Shown in pieces: positions 1 through 10,913 of a DNA stretch of 18,045 bases. Position numbers and translations under genes: made by a program. Below the pieces are notes generated by a model that did no database searches, had not been told where the DNA came from, and saw nothing but the letters and a program-made list of their open reading frames with translations. The stretch comes from Paraspadella gotoi (Eukaryota > Animalia > Chaetognatha). The DNA is taken from assembly GCA_051294375.1 (NCBI GenBank), contig JBJCIZ010000872.1, positions 1 through 18,045 of the forward strand. The letters are read 5' to 3'. Every line of letters begins with the position of its first letter. Positions within the stretch are counted from its first letter, which is position 1.

Positions 1-547
1 TTACACAATAATAATTTAGAAAAACCGAGCATGATGTAATTAAAAAACTACGGTAGTCGTAATTCTAAAAATAATTTTTCACCCAAAAAATGGCATTTCG
101 AAGACAACTTTGTTCGCTCGGTTCACGAAACGGCCGGAGGTGCCGCTCACCAACTTCTGCTGAATTGCGAAGCGCCGTGTGACGATTGCAGAAACGAACG
201 TCTCTGACTACGAATAGGAAAAACAAAAATAAACTCTGTACGGCGTGTATTAGTACACCCGTTTTCAACCGTAATCCAAAAAACGAAAAAAAACGAAAAA
301 ACACTAAAAAACTGGCCAATCCTGGCGTTTGACTTTAAAAATGTTTTCCCGCTAACTGAAAAAGACACAATAAAGACCCTAGAAATAAATTGACACAAGG
401 CAGGGGGGAATGAGACGAAGGGAGCTAAATATTTCTAACTAACTGACTAACAATAAAATGATTTTTGGCGAACTATCTCCGGGCATAAATAAACAAAATA
501 ACTGAAATCAAAAGCAAAGTAATATAAGCCTTTATCGAAGTTTAAAG

Positions 548-642
548 CCGGTTATAACTGACCCCGGTGGCCGACTTTAAACCCGATTAATTTAACTTAG
601 GTCGAAGCGCGAAGACCGGTTGTAACTGACCCCGGTGGCCGA
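548..642 (+). repeat. 27-bp direct repeat pair, 68-bp period
   Basis: CCGGTTATAACTGACCCCGGTGGCCGA (548-574) and CCGGTTGTAACTGACCCCGGTGGCCGA (616-642), 1 mismatch. Confidence 0.9.
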
Positions 643-1041
643 TCTCCGGGCCCGACATATATTACACCCGAATCCTTCGAAAAGGAGCCAACTAAAAAAA
701 GGAAACGTGAATTTTAATGGAAGCCCGAATCGTTGAGGACCGATACGGCATCGCCTGACCAAATTAGCGAATTCCTAGACCGGAACCGAAAAAGGTGAAG
801 AAAAAATTCTATGAGTTGTCGGACTTGGTATAACGATATACACGTTTAACCGAAATGCAACTTTCTGCCCCCCGCAGGAACGAAATAGGATCTCGAAGTC
901 TAGATATGAACCGGCCAAGAATGATATCAACCCTCAGACCTTTCAGACGGACCGGCGAGGCCAAAACAGGTGCCTTTCATAATCACGAACAACCAGAGAC
1001 GAATAACACAAATCTCAAAAAAAATTTCAAATTTTTCTCAC

Positions 1042-1151
1042 CGCAGGTGGCCGCATAAAGGATCGACACAACTTCAGGACACATCAGGCATACTCCCCAG
1101 TCATCTTCAAACGATCCTTGATGAAGACTGTCCGAATCTTTTGAAGATCTG
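1042..1151 (-). pseudogene. Putative exon
   Basis: Minus strand TTACAG acceptor and GTGAG donor (CTCAC at 1037-1041). The protein-like DLQKIRTVFIKDRLKMTGEY frame hits a stop or frameshift. Confidence 0.25.
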
Positions 1152-1764
1152 CTGTAACGTTCGACTCCTTACCAAATATATTAGAGACGCACAAACCATA
1201 CTACGACACGAAAAACCTTATACTGAGCCTACGGGAAAAAATAGTAAAATTGAGACAATATAAAAAAATACTAAATCTTGGATCAATCTGCACTTAATCT
1301 TCGCCGTTCTTCTTGTAAAACAAAATCTTCTTGAAATATACACTGAAACAATCAAAAAGAATTAAAATACCTTATCTACCTAATGTCGTAGTAGGTTGGC
1401 CAAAATAAAAAATATTAAAAACTAAACCTAAAAACAGAAATCATTCCTATCACAAATACTAAACGCGAAAAACATACATAAACCAAAAAATCGATACACT
1501 AAAGAAACGAAAATCAGTTCTGAACTCGGATGCAATAATAGGAACTTACTTATTGTAATTTTATTTTAAGCATGCCGTCGCGTTGCAACGAGAAAATAAC
1601 TACGGCAAGGTAAAACTAAGAGAAAACGGAATGGGGCGAGGACCCTCAAACCCTGCCAAAAAATAAAACCAGCAATAACATGGTTAATCCCCTCGTTGCG
1701 CTGGCTCCCTTATTCCAGCTCCTGCTTTCTTTTTAAAGGGGAGAAAATACAAAAAATGAGACGT

Positions 1765-2048
1765 ACAAATCCGAACGATTACGAACCACTGACTTGCCAC
1801 AGAAATTGGGACGCAACTGTAAGGCGGGTAGTACTTAAAAGGGTTCTCGTAAAGGTCCTTGCCCGCCTTAAAGAAGAAGACGGTGGTCAAGACAAGTCCC
1901 TTCGTTACCGAATGCCGAAAAAATTTGGAGTTTCCCGACGATTTTCTCTAACCAATTCTTACTGGAACCGGCTGTGTCGCAGAAGAAACCGCCGCCTGCG
2001 GCGCGCAGGGAGACAGTCTTGAACAGGGTTGACCGTCGCTCCAAAAGC
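1765..2048 (-). pseudogene. Putative coding exon of an unknown gene (frameshifted), truncated in the duplicate copy
   Basis: An acceptor (TTTAG) at ~2049 and a donor (GTACGT) at ~1765 bound the segment. It translates as GGGFFCDTAGSSKNWLEKIVGKLQIFSAFG / VLTTVFFFKAGKDLYENPFKYYPPYSCVPISVASQWF. Confidence 0.35.
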
Positions 2049-3667
2049 CTAAAGTTGTATATTTAGCGTCAAAACTCACAAAACCTGTCCGTTCTAGAGT
2101 ATTTTGAAATGTTGAGGCAAAAAAACTTTTATCAAAAAGCGAAAAAATGTTAGGCAAACTATGTAAATATAAAATATCAGAGAAAGATAATCTATATTAT
2201 TCTGCCTACTCTAAATTGTTGTCTCTTCTCCTAGGCTATCAAAAAACGAACAAACTAAATAAATACAAAAAATGGGACAGATGGGGTGTTTTTAAGCAGT
2301 GGGGTGGTTTGCAACACGCCTCCGAAGAGGGTTTCGTTATTCCGTCTTGTTCTGATCGGGAAGAACACGCTTTGGCGAGCGTTGGTTGTTTCCTCCTCTC
2401 ACTCAACCAAAAAACCTTGACCTAGACTCATTTTTACCTTTTTCTCAACTCCTAAAAACCTTAAGATGAACCCGACAAACTAATAAGTGTGACAATGTCA
2501 AGTCCATTCTAAAAATAAAAATCAAAAAATACACTTTGTAATTAGTGGGTTAAGGACTTGTTCACTAAAAACCGAAAAATATCAAATTTTCTTAAAAACG
2601 AACAAGGTATTTATTAAAAACCATATTTTTCTAAAAAATACTAAATTTTCATTACGAAAAATTGGCCATACCCCCCACACGAACGGAGAGGAACGAACCT
2701 GTTCGTACAAAAAGAAAAAATTTAGCAAAAAAAAAACGTCCCAAAAAATACAAGAAAAGAACTACGTAGTTAATTTGTAATGTTTGGGGGAAACGGGGGA
2801 AAACCAAAAATTTCTCTCGAGCGTAAAGTCGCGAAGATCTGAGGAAAAAGGCATGATGAAAAATAACACTTTATCCGGAGATAATCGAGGCCGTACGATC
2901 GATTAAAAGTTGAGGTTAACCTACCGAAAACCAAACACACAAAATAACAATATTACTTAAAAAATAAATATTTATTTAAAAACTAAAAAATATTATGAAA
3001 AAACGTAAGCATACAATAATTATTTTCCGAAATGATCGCCGCACCAAGATCCAGCACGATCAACGCAACTTTCGAAATTCGTAGCCTCAACCCGTAACCG
3101 TCGTCACGATCCGAGCGTCCACTACGAACCGGAAGTCATGTTCATCGTCGCCGAAGCCGGATGTTAACGAGCATAAACACGAAAACAATGTCTTGTAAAC
3201 TTACGGCAGCCATCGACGATGCATCGAAACGCACGATGGCCGCGTGATCTAAATACCAACGGAAAAGAAAAGAAATTTCGTTGCTCAGGCGAAAAATCCT
3301 CAAATTCCTTTACATAAACAAAAACGCTAAAATACTGATACTTGAAAAAGGCAAAAAATCGAGATTTAAAAAAAAGTCAAAGTTATTTACATTGGTCGAA
3401 CGAGAGAGGCTAGAACGGGCCGACTTTCCGCCGCACGGACAAGCCTCCCACGAACCTCACCGCCGGCCCATGAAAAAACACCCTCTCGTCCAAGTTTTGT
3501 TTAGCGAGACGGACGTCAACGTAAACAAAACGAGGCGAGACTCCGTCCACAAAGGCGCCCCTATGCCGATCAAGTCGACATAGTGCAGAAATTCGAAATA
3601 AATTGGCAAATAAACATGAATAAAATATGGAAATAAAAATAAATACGGCTTTTAAAGCGGGGCACTC
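1808..3667 (+). repeat. Direct repeat copy 1 (~1.86 kb segmental duplication)
   Basis: Colinear with 8125-10032 from GGGAC..AACTGTAAGG to AAATACGGCTTTT..GCGGG(G)CACTC. Long identical runs include GGGGTGGTTTGCAACACGCCTCCGAAGAGGGTTTCGTT. Confidence 0.92.
3205..3248 (-). CDS. Putative small exon
   Basis: Minus strand TTTAG|ATCACGCGGCC...GCTGCC|GTAAGT, a canonical acceptor and consensus donor. It reads HAAIVRFDASSMAA. Confidence 0.3.
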
Positions 3668-3669
3668 TA

Positions 3670-4601
3670 GGGTGTGTCATATTCCAAAAGTTGTTTGTAT
3701 CTTCACGCACATTTAACACGACGGGGCATGGCCTAAAAAAATAGGTTTGCACCAATCGCCATTCAAATTGGTCCAACGCCTTTAGCAGTACCCTCTCCTG
3801 AAGGATTTTTGGCACACCTTTCACATCATCCCTCACTGTGTCTAAAGTATGAGAGATTTTATCGGCCAACATAATTTATTAGTTAAAGAAGTGCAGTAAG
3901 TTTGTTCTATTAAAATTTAGAGTCGCAACTACTTCTAGCGGATCCACAACAACATCCACAAGCTGCTGCACCAGGTAGTGGCCAATACATTGCGTACCAT
4001 ATCTTCTTGGTTTTAGAGGTACTATAAAAATTTTCTATACAGTTTTATTCATAAATAGGTCCTCTTTCTAATTGATTATACATCTTTTTAAAAAATTGGT
4101 GTGCCTACATCCTGGAGGATAATTCCTGTACAAATTCTTTTAAAAATAAAATTATATACAAAATATTTATTTATATTATTTGCTATAGGTTTAATTAATA
4201 GAGCATGATATAATTACAATACACGATAAATTTTATCTTGATTGACCAAATACTTTTTAAGATATCCTGTTTATAAGAATTTGTAAAAAAGTTTTTTTAA
4301 CACACACAGAAATAAAAAAATAAAAAGTTGATGGCATCCAAAAATTGCTTTATTAGTTGATAAAACCTTCTAGGTTTATATTCCATCATGATTTTATAAG
4401 CACAATCCCCAGAGGCTCTGTGGAGGCATTCTCAATTTGTTGGAGGATGTGGACCAACAGTTGCAGATAAAAAAGTTTTTATCAAAATAATTTACATTCA
4501 ATTATAGATGATAATTTGCTTCTTTAGTGATATCAGACTTGTACTTGACTCTTTATTAAGGTGGCTTACTTTTTTGTAGATACTTCCTGTCCAGACTGCT
4601 T
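3670..4601 (+). repeat. Left terminal inverted repeat (~930 bp)
   Basis: Colinear reverse-complement match to 7030-8120 along its length (e.g. TTCTTGGTTTTAG / CTAAAACCAAGAA; CCTACATCCTGGAGGATAATT / AATTATCCTCCAGGATGTAGG). Confidence 0.92.
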
Positions 4602-5548
4602 AAGGGAAAAAAAATTTAGTAACATCATAACAACTGTATGGGAATTACAATATGTTCAAACGCCTATAAGCATTAAGCATGTTAAGTGTGAGGACTGAGG
4701 ACAATGTTTGGGGCATGAAAAACCCTTAAGCCTAGTTACAAGCTCAGACCCGTTCTATGGCTACGAGAGGGTGTTAAAAAAATTGACTGATTTACAAAAT
4801 TGGAAACTTCAGATTATTTTTCAGAACTTTTTTTCTTAATATGTTATTATTTGTTTTATTGTTATTATATCGGCGGTGGCGAACGGCGCCGTAGGGGAGA
4901 CGGCGAAACGTTCGTCAGCTGAGCAATGTTCTCCACCTTGAATTCCGTATAAAAATATTATAACTTTTCTCTTAAACTCTCTCTCCCTCTCTGTCTCTCT
5001 TCATCAAAATGTTTGGCAAAATTTTTGTAAATTCATATTGTCTGAAAAAAACTAAAAAAAGATATGGAAAAAAAAATATACAATGATGGATGGACAACAT
5101 CGATGTTTTGAATAACATAATAATTAAATGTTCTGACATGATCTCAGCGACTTACCGACAAGATTTTTGGGTGGACCGATGGACCCCTTAGCTTTGAACA
5201 ATAATTACTGATAAATAGAGAGATTCATTTAAAATTTTGTAGGTATGTGTGTGATTGAAGTGTGATAAGCTTAAATCAAGTTTCAATGGAATTAAGTGAA
5301 ATAAATTTAAAATAGAAAAAATCCGAAAAAAAAAATGATTGATGTGAATAACGAATTATTGGAATAATAGTAATTGATTGATGTAATAGTAATTGTTGAT
5401 TATTGATGCAATAGATAACCAAATATTGATGCGATGATATGTCATTCATGTTGAGGCGATGATCGTCTTTCATTGATACAATGATAGTTATTCATTGATG
5501 CGATGAAGTCATTCATCGTAAATAAAACCAACAAATACATGTATGAGT

Positions 5549-5640
5549 GAGAGAAGAGAGAGAAAAAAGAGAGAGAAAAAAGAAAAAAGAGAGAGAGAGA
5601 AGAAAAAAGGAGAGAGAAGAGAGAGAAAGAAAAGAGAAAA
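5549..5640 (+). repeat. Imperfect (GA)n/polypurine tract
   Basis: About 90 bp of only G and A. Confidence 0.95.
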
Positions 5641-6160
5641 TAAAGCTGGACAGTTGCTGTAGAGCTCGGCCATTTAGAGCGAATTCTAATGTTACTAAAA
5701 AATTTTAAAATAAAGTCAAAGCCTTTTGTTTCCTTTTAATTTCCGCCACTGACAAAGAGGTCAAACCAGCTTTCAAATATTTTCCCCAATTGTTTTCTTT
5801 AACTGATTTCAATTCTAATTCATGCAATCTTGTTTTTGATCTGAAATAAAATGTTCTGTCAAAACATTTCTCATATTGTTTTTATCTTCTTAACAATGTA
5901 ACAAACTACATTATCAAATAAGAAACTAGTGAAACAGACCTGCAAGCCAATTGTATTGAGAACCAAACAATTGAAATGGAAACAAATTGTCTTGAGGTTG
6001 AGTGACTTTACTTTCCCTGCGCCACAACTTACTCTTAAGTCAATCGTCACGCTCGCTTAGAACCTGCACTACGCAGTTGCCTCGGCTTTCGTCATGCTTT
6101 AACCGCACTCAGACCGTGCACACTTAACTCGTTTTAGACGAATCAGAAGAAGCAGTGACG

Positions 6161-6241
6161 GAAAAAAAAGAGAGAGAGCGACATATAATTAAAAGAAAGA
6201 GAGAGAGAGCGACATATATTTAAAAGAGAGAGAGATAGAGA
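6161..6241 (+). repeat. (GA)n-containing ~31-bp tandem duplication
   Basis: AGAGAGAGCGACATATA(A/T)TTAAAAGA occurs twice in tandem, followed by more GA repeats. Confidence 0.85.
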
Positions 6242-7029
6242 TCTGAACAGCCGCTGCCAGAGCTGAAGTCATCTATATATATAAAAATTGTTTTCTAAAT
6301 AAAAACAAACAAATGAGTAGAGGAATATGAATCATAACAATTTAAAAGGCCCCAATGATGAGAAGCCATATCTAAATTTTTAGCTTTTTATGGTTATACA
6401 CTTGAGCTATTTTCAATGTTAAAACAGCATGATAACGACTACGGCAACGACAACAACAACACAAAGAAGCAATACTAAATGGTTACCTACGCCCAAAAAC
6501 GCCCAAAAACTAAAATAACATATGGAACCATAGTTTTTATAGAATCCAAGGATTTTTTACACCAATTTATAATACGACCTCGATTTTGGCATTTATCTTT
6601 TCTTTTTAAAAATAAATTTATGCACAATTTATTTGTCATTTATTTAACATTTACGTCATTCGGGATTTAGAAAACCTTGCTCCATATTAAAACCAGTTCA
6701 ACCTACGGCCGACGAATCAAACGCGCGACCCTCGAGGCATAGAAAATTAGCAATTTGGTTATAACTTTGGTAACAGATTAAGGTTAAATATTAGAATTGA
6801 AATTAAGATCAGGGATTAAGAAACAGAAAAGGTTTGCTTTTAGAAAAAGAGCCAAAAAAGAAATATAAACTGAACAGGGATTCTTTTTTTCATTGTACAT
6901 ATGACTTACTTTAAAGTTATAGTATATCAGAGTTTTGTACATAGTAATGAATTTCTAACAGATATAATGGATATGAAATAATGTTTTACAATTGTTGTCG
7001 CGTTAATTACTAATTTTGTTTTACTTCGC

Positions 7030-8120
7030 AAGCAGTCTGGACAGAAGTATTCTACCAAAACTAACTAAGCACAACCTTAATAAAGCAGGGTACAGTAGAC
7101 CAGTGTATTAATGTCTTGATATCACTCAAAGAAGCAAACTTTATCATCTATAATTAAAATGTCTAAAATTACTTTGATAGAAAGCTGTATTTTATCTGCA
7201 ACTGCCTTGCGTCCAAAATCCTCCAACTAATTGCAGGATGCCCCTCCACAGCAAGCCCTCCTGGGCCATTGACGTGCGCTTGATAATAAATCATATTGGA
7301 ATATAAAACCTAGAGGCTTTTATCAAGCTAATAAAGCAATTTTTTTTCGATGCCATTAAGCTTGTTATTTTTTATTTTGGTGTGATCTGTTATAAACATT
7401 CTTTTCAAAAAATTCTTATAAAACAGGATATCTTTAAAAAGTTATTAGGTCCAACTCAAGAATAAAACAATTTATCGTTTCTGTATTGTAATCTATATCA
7501 TGCTCTACTTAATATAAAGCCCTATAGCATCAATTAATATTAATAAATATCTTTTGTATATAATTTTATTTTTTAAAACAAACTCTGTCGCAGGCGAATT
7601 ATCCTCCAGGATGTAGGCCCACACAAATTTTTTTAAAAGAACATGTATTATTAAACTTTAGAAAAAGCAGGACCTACTTTATGAATTAACACTGTACTAG
7701 ATACAATTTTTATCAGTACCTCCTAAAACCAAGAAGATATGGTTCACGCAATTATTGGCCACTTCAACCTGGCTGCAGCAGGGCCTTGTGGGATCGCTGC
7801 TGCTTGGCTCGTTAGAAGGTAGTTGCCGACTCTAAATTTAATAGCAACAAACTTAACTGCCACTTCTCTTACACTAATCAAATTGATGTTTGCGACGATC
7901 AAAATCTCTCATTTACTTTAGGGACACAGTTGAGGGATGATGCGTAAATGTGCTGCCAAAAATCCAGTTCAGGAGAGGGTACTGCCCTAAAAGGCGTCTC
8001 GGACCAAATATTGAATTGGGCGTATTGGTACAAACCTATTTTTTTAAGGCCGATGCCCCCCGTTCGTAGTTAAATGTGCGTGAAGCATACAAACAAACTT
8101 TTGGAATTATGACACACTCC
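7030..8120 (-). repeat. Right terminal inverted repeat (~1090 bp, carrying many 1-2 bp insertions)
   Basis: Reverse complement of 3670-4601, longer because of scattered single-base insertions. Confidence 0.92.
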
Positions 8121-8124
8121 TACC

Positions 8125-10032
8125 GGGACATAACTGTAAGGACGGCGCTAAGTTAGCTTAAAGGCGTTCTCCGTTAAGGTCCATTGCCCGCCTAAGAAGA
8201 AGACGGTCGCGCTCAAGCAAAGTACCTTTTCGTTTACCGCAATGGCCCGCAACAAAAACTTCTGGGATGTCCCGACGCATTCTCTATAACCAATTCTTAC
8301 TGTGAACCGGCTGTTGGCGCTAAGAGAAACCGTCCGCCTTGCGGCGCGCAGGCCTGGAGCTAGTCCTTGAACAGATGGTTTGATCCGTCGCTCCAAAAGC
8401 CTAAAGTTGTTATATTTTAGCATCAACTCAACAAACTCCGTCCGTCTAGAGGTTTCTTTGAAAGTTGAGGCAAAAAACTTTTTATCAAAAAGCGAAAAAA
8501 TGTTAGGGGCAAACTATGAATAATATAAAATATCAGAGAGAGATATCTATATTATTCTTCCTACATCTAAATTGTCGTCTCTTCTCCTAGGCTATTCCAA
8601 AAACGAACAAACTAAATAAATACAAAAAATGGGACAGATGGGGTTGTTCTTTAAGCCAGTGGGGTGGTTTGCAACACGCCTCCGAAGAGGGTTTCGTTCT
8701 TCCGTCTTGTTCCTGGTCGGAAGAACACGCTTTGCGCAGAGCGTTGGTTTGTTTCCTCCTCTCACTCAACCAAAAAACCTTGACCTTAGACTCAATTTCA
8801 CCTTTTTCTCAAACTCCTAAAGAAACCAAAATCTAAAAATAAAAACCAAAAATACCACTTTGTATTTAGTGGGTTAAGGACTTATTCACTAAAAAACGAA
8901 AAATATCCAATTTTCTAAAAAACGAACAAAGTATTTTTTAAAAAACCAATATTTTTCTAAAAAATACTAAATTATTCATTACGAAAAATTGGCCGTACCC
9001 CCCGCACGAACGGAGAGGAACGAACCTGTTCGTAACAAAAGAAAAAATTTCGAAAATTTCAAATCGTAGTCCAAAAAAAGAAAGAACCTACGCGGTAGTT
9101 AATTGCTGTAATGCTTGCGGGGAAACGGGGGGAAAATCCAAAATTTTCTCTCCGAGGCCGTAACTAAGTCGCCGCAAGATCTGAGGAAAAAGGCATGATG
9201 TTCCGAAATAACAGCTTATTCCGTGAGATAATCGAAGCCGTACGATTCGATTAAAAGTTGGGTTAACCTACCGAAAACCAAACACACACAAATAACCGAT
9301 ATTACTCAAAAATAAATATTTATTAAACCTAAAAATATTAAGAAAAAACGTAAGTATACAATAATTATTTTCCGAATGCCCGCCTGCACCAAGACCAGCA
9401 CGACCAACGCAAATCAAATTCGTAGCCTCAGCCCGTAATCGTCGTCACGATCCGAGCGTCCACTACGAACCGGAAGTCATGTTCATCGTCGGCTGAAGAC
9501 CGATTCGTAAACGAGCATAACACGAAAACAATGTCTTGTAAATTTACGGTCGCCATCGACGTATGCATCGAAATCGCTCGATGGCCGCGTAACTAAATAC
9601 GGATGAGAAGAATTTATTGCCGTGAACATGCGAAAAATCCTGACGCAACCGATGGATAACGAAATTAAAACTTTAAAATTGTTCCAAAATAACGGTTAAA
9701 AAGGGCAAAAAAATATGAGATTTGAAATAAGGTCAAAGTAAAACATTGGTCAAACGAGAGAGGCTGGTACGGGCCGACTTTCCGTACCACGGACAAGCCT
9801 CCCTACGAACCTCACCGCCGGCCCATGAAAAAAACACCCTTCCACCAATACTTTGCTGACCGAGACGGACGTCAAAGCCTGCAAGCACAAGTCAAAGAGG
9901 AACTCCGTCCACAAAGGGCGCCCCCATGCCGATCAAGTCGAACATGCGTGCAGAAATTTCGAAATAAATAGGCAAATAAACATGAATAAAACATCGAAAT
10001 AAAAATAAATACGGCTTTTTTAGCGGGCACTC
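8125..10032 (+). repeat. Direct repeat copy 2 (~1.9 kb)
   Basis: Matches 1808-3667. It lacks a ~45-50 bp block present at ~2460-2506 in copy 1 and has additional substitutions and indels. Confidence 0.92.
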
Positions 10033-10674
10033 CCATAAAAAAAAGTTTTGCTAAGTGTCGCAGAAAAAATAGGAAATCCGACGTGAACCGTGACTGAAAG
10101 AAAATGATTAATAATAAAACGTTTTCGCCACGTTTTACAGGAAATCGAATCCGTATTTCGAGATCCCAACCCTTTACTCCCGCCCACAGGAGAATCCAAA
10201 CTTTTCAGGTCGAATTAATAAAACCAGAAAAACGGGAAATAAAGAAATAAAACATAACTATTAAATAAAATAAATATTAAATCAAACTGAAGACGAGCTT
10301 TTCAGCTCACAGAAAAGAAAAAGCCTTCGAAAAAGGCCTGAGCGCCATCGTAATCAAAGTAAAAATAGCCTAAGCCTTCAGGCGCGGGGCCTGTTAACCT
10401 TAGAGAAAAAATACCCGAAAAAGAGCCAAGACAGACTCGCGCCTCTGACGGAGTTAATTTATAAAAACGAAAAAATATTAATATATAAAAAATTATTATC
10501 ATTTAAAAATTAAACCCTTAAAAAACGCTTCGTTATTTTAAAAAAATTCTCTAAATATTTTACTTTAAAAACGCTGTAAGCGTTTCAAAAACGAAAAACT
10601 TTATTCTTTCTGCGACCGGGCCGTCGCCACAAAAAATTGAAAAAAACTTCTGCGCCCCCGTTTAAGATAAAAAA

Positions 10675-10783
10675 TGTCTGGCCGTATAGAACGGACGCAG
10701 ACTTGTCCTTGCCGCAGTTACGGACGCAGGACAACAGAAAAAATAAATAAATTTGTCTGCCGTTAGAACGCGACGCAGGGACA
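10675..10783. repeat. Three copies of an imperfect palindromic ~28-30 bp motif
   Basis: TGTCTGGCCGTATAGAACGGACGCAGAC (10675-10702), TGTCCTTGCCGCAGTTACGGACGCAGGACA (10704-10733) and TGTCTGCCGTTAGAACGCGACGCAGGGACA (10754-10783). Confidence 0.75.
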
Positions 10784-10816
10784 GAAAAACGAAAAATCTA
10801 AAGAGAGAGTACTAAC

Positions 10817-10913
10817 TATAGAATCCGTTTTCGTTGAACGTCGCGTCAGATGAAATTTCCAGCTGAGAAACCACTGACCCATATGGCGAACAACGAGCCG
10901 ATCCGTTGAGGTT
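10817..10913 (-). CDS. Putative internal 97-nt exon of an unknown gene
   Basis: Minus-strand acceptor TTTTATTTTACAG and donor GTTAGT flank a GC-richer island that is open in at least two frames. Confidence 0.35.

Larger units (their letters stand above)
3670..8120. mobile_element. Non-autonomous DNA transposon / foldback-like element with very long TIRs, flanked by TA
   Basis: The left end TA|GGGTGTGTCATATTCCAAAAGTTG is the reverse complement of the right end ...CTTTTGGAATTATGACACACTCC|TA. Inverted similarity continues inward to CCAGACTGCTT (4591-4601) / AAGCAGTCTGG (7030-7040). The 2.4 kb interior has no transposase-length ORF. Confidence 0.8.

Noticed and set aside
548-642. CRISPR-like repeat-spacer-repeat (27 bp repeat, 41 bp spacer)
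   Set aside because: Only two repeats, similarity extends into the spacer and flanks, there are no cas genes, and the context is eukaryotic.
3570-3872. 100-aa minus-strand ORF as a possible transposase fragment
   Set aside because: It lies within the TIR and runs across the element boundary, and has no DDE or HTH motif that I recognise.
4600-4777. TTAA-bounded segments (TTAAGGG...CCCTTAA; GGGTGTTAA) as piggyBac/Kolobok-like MITE ends
   Set aside because: The inverted match does not extend beyond 3 bp past TTAA, which is expected by chance in AT-rich DNA.
5330-5520. ORF 5276..5473 and ATTGATG-rich stretch
   Set aside because: Low-complexity degenerate repeat, and the ORF composition is not protein-like.
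3670-8120. Inverted repeat as a missed-adapter (palindromic) read chimera
   Set aside because: The arms are separated by 2.4 kb of unique sequence and end sharply at TA, and the flanks are direct rather than inverted repeats.
1807-10035. Direct repeats read as LTRs of an LTR retrotransposon (outer ends TGGGA...TCCCA are inverted)
   Set aside because: There is no matching TSD (GAAAT vs TAAAA), the inner ends lack TG..CA, there is no PBS or PPT, the interior is entirely a TIR element, and a coding-like exon crosses the left boundary.
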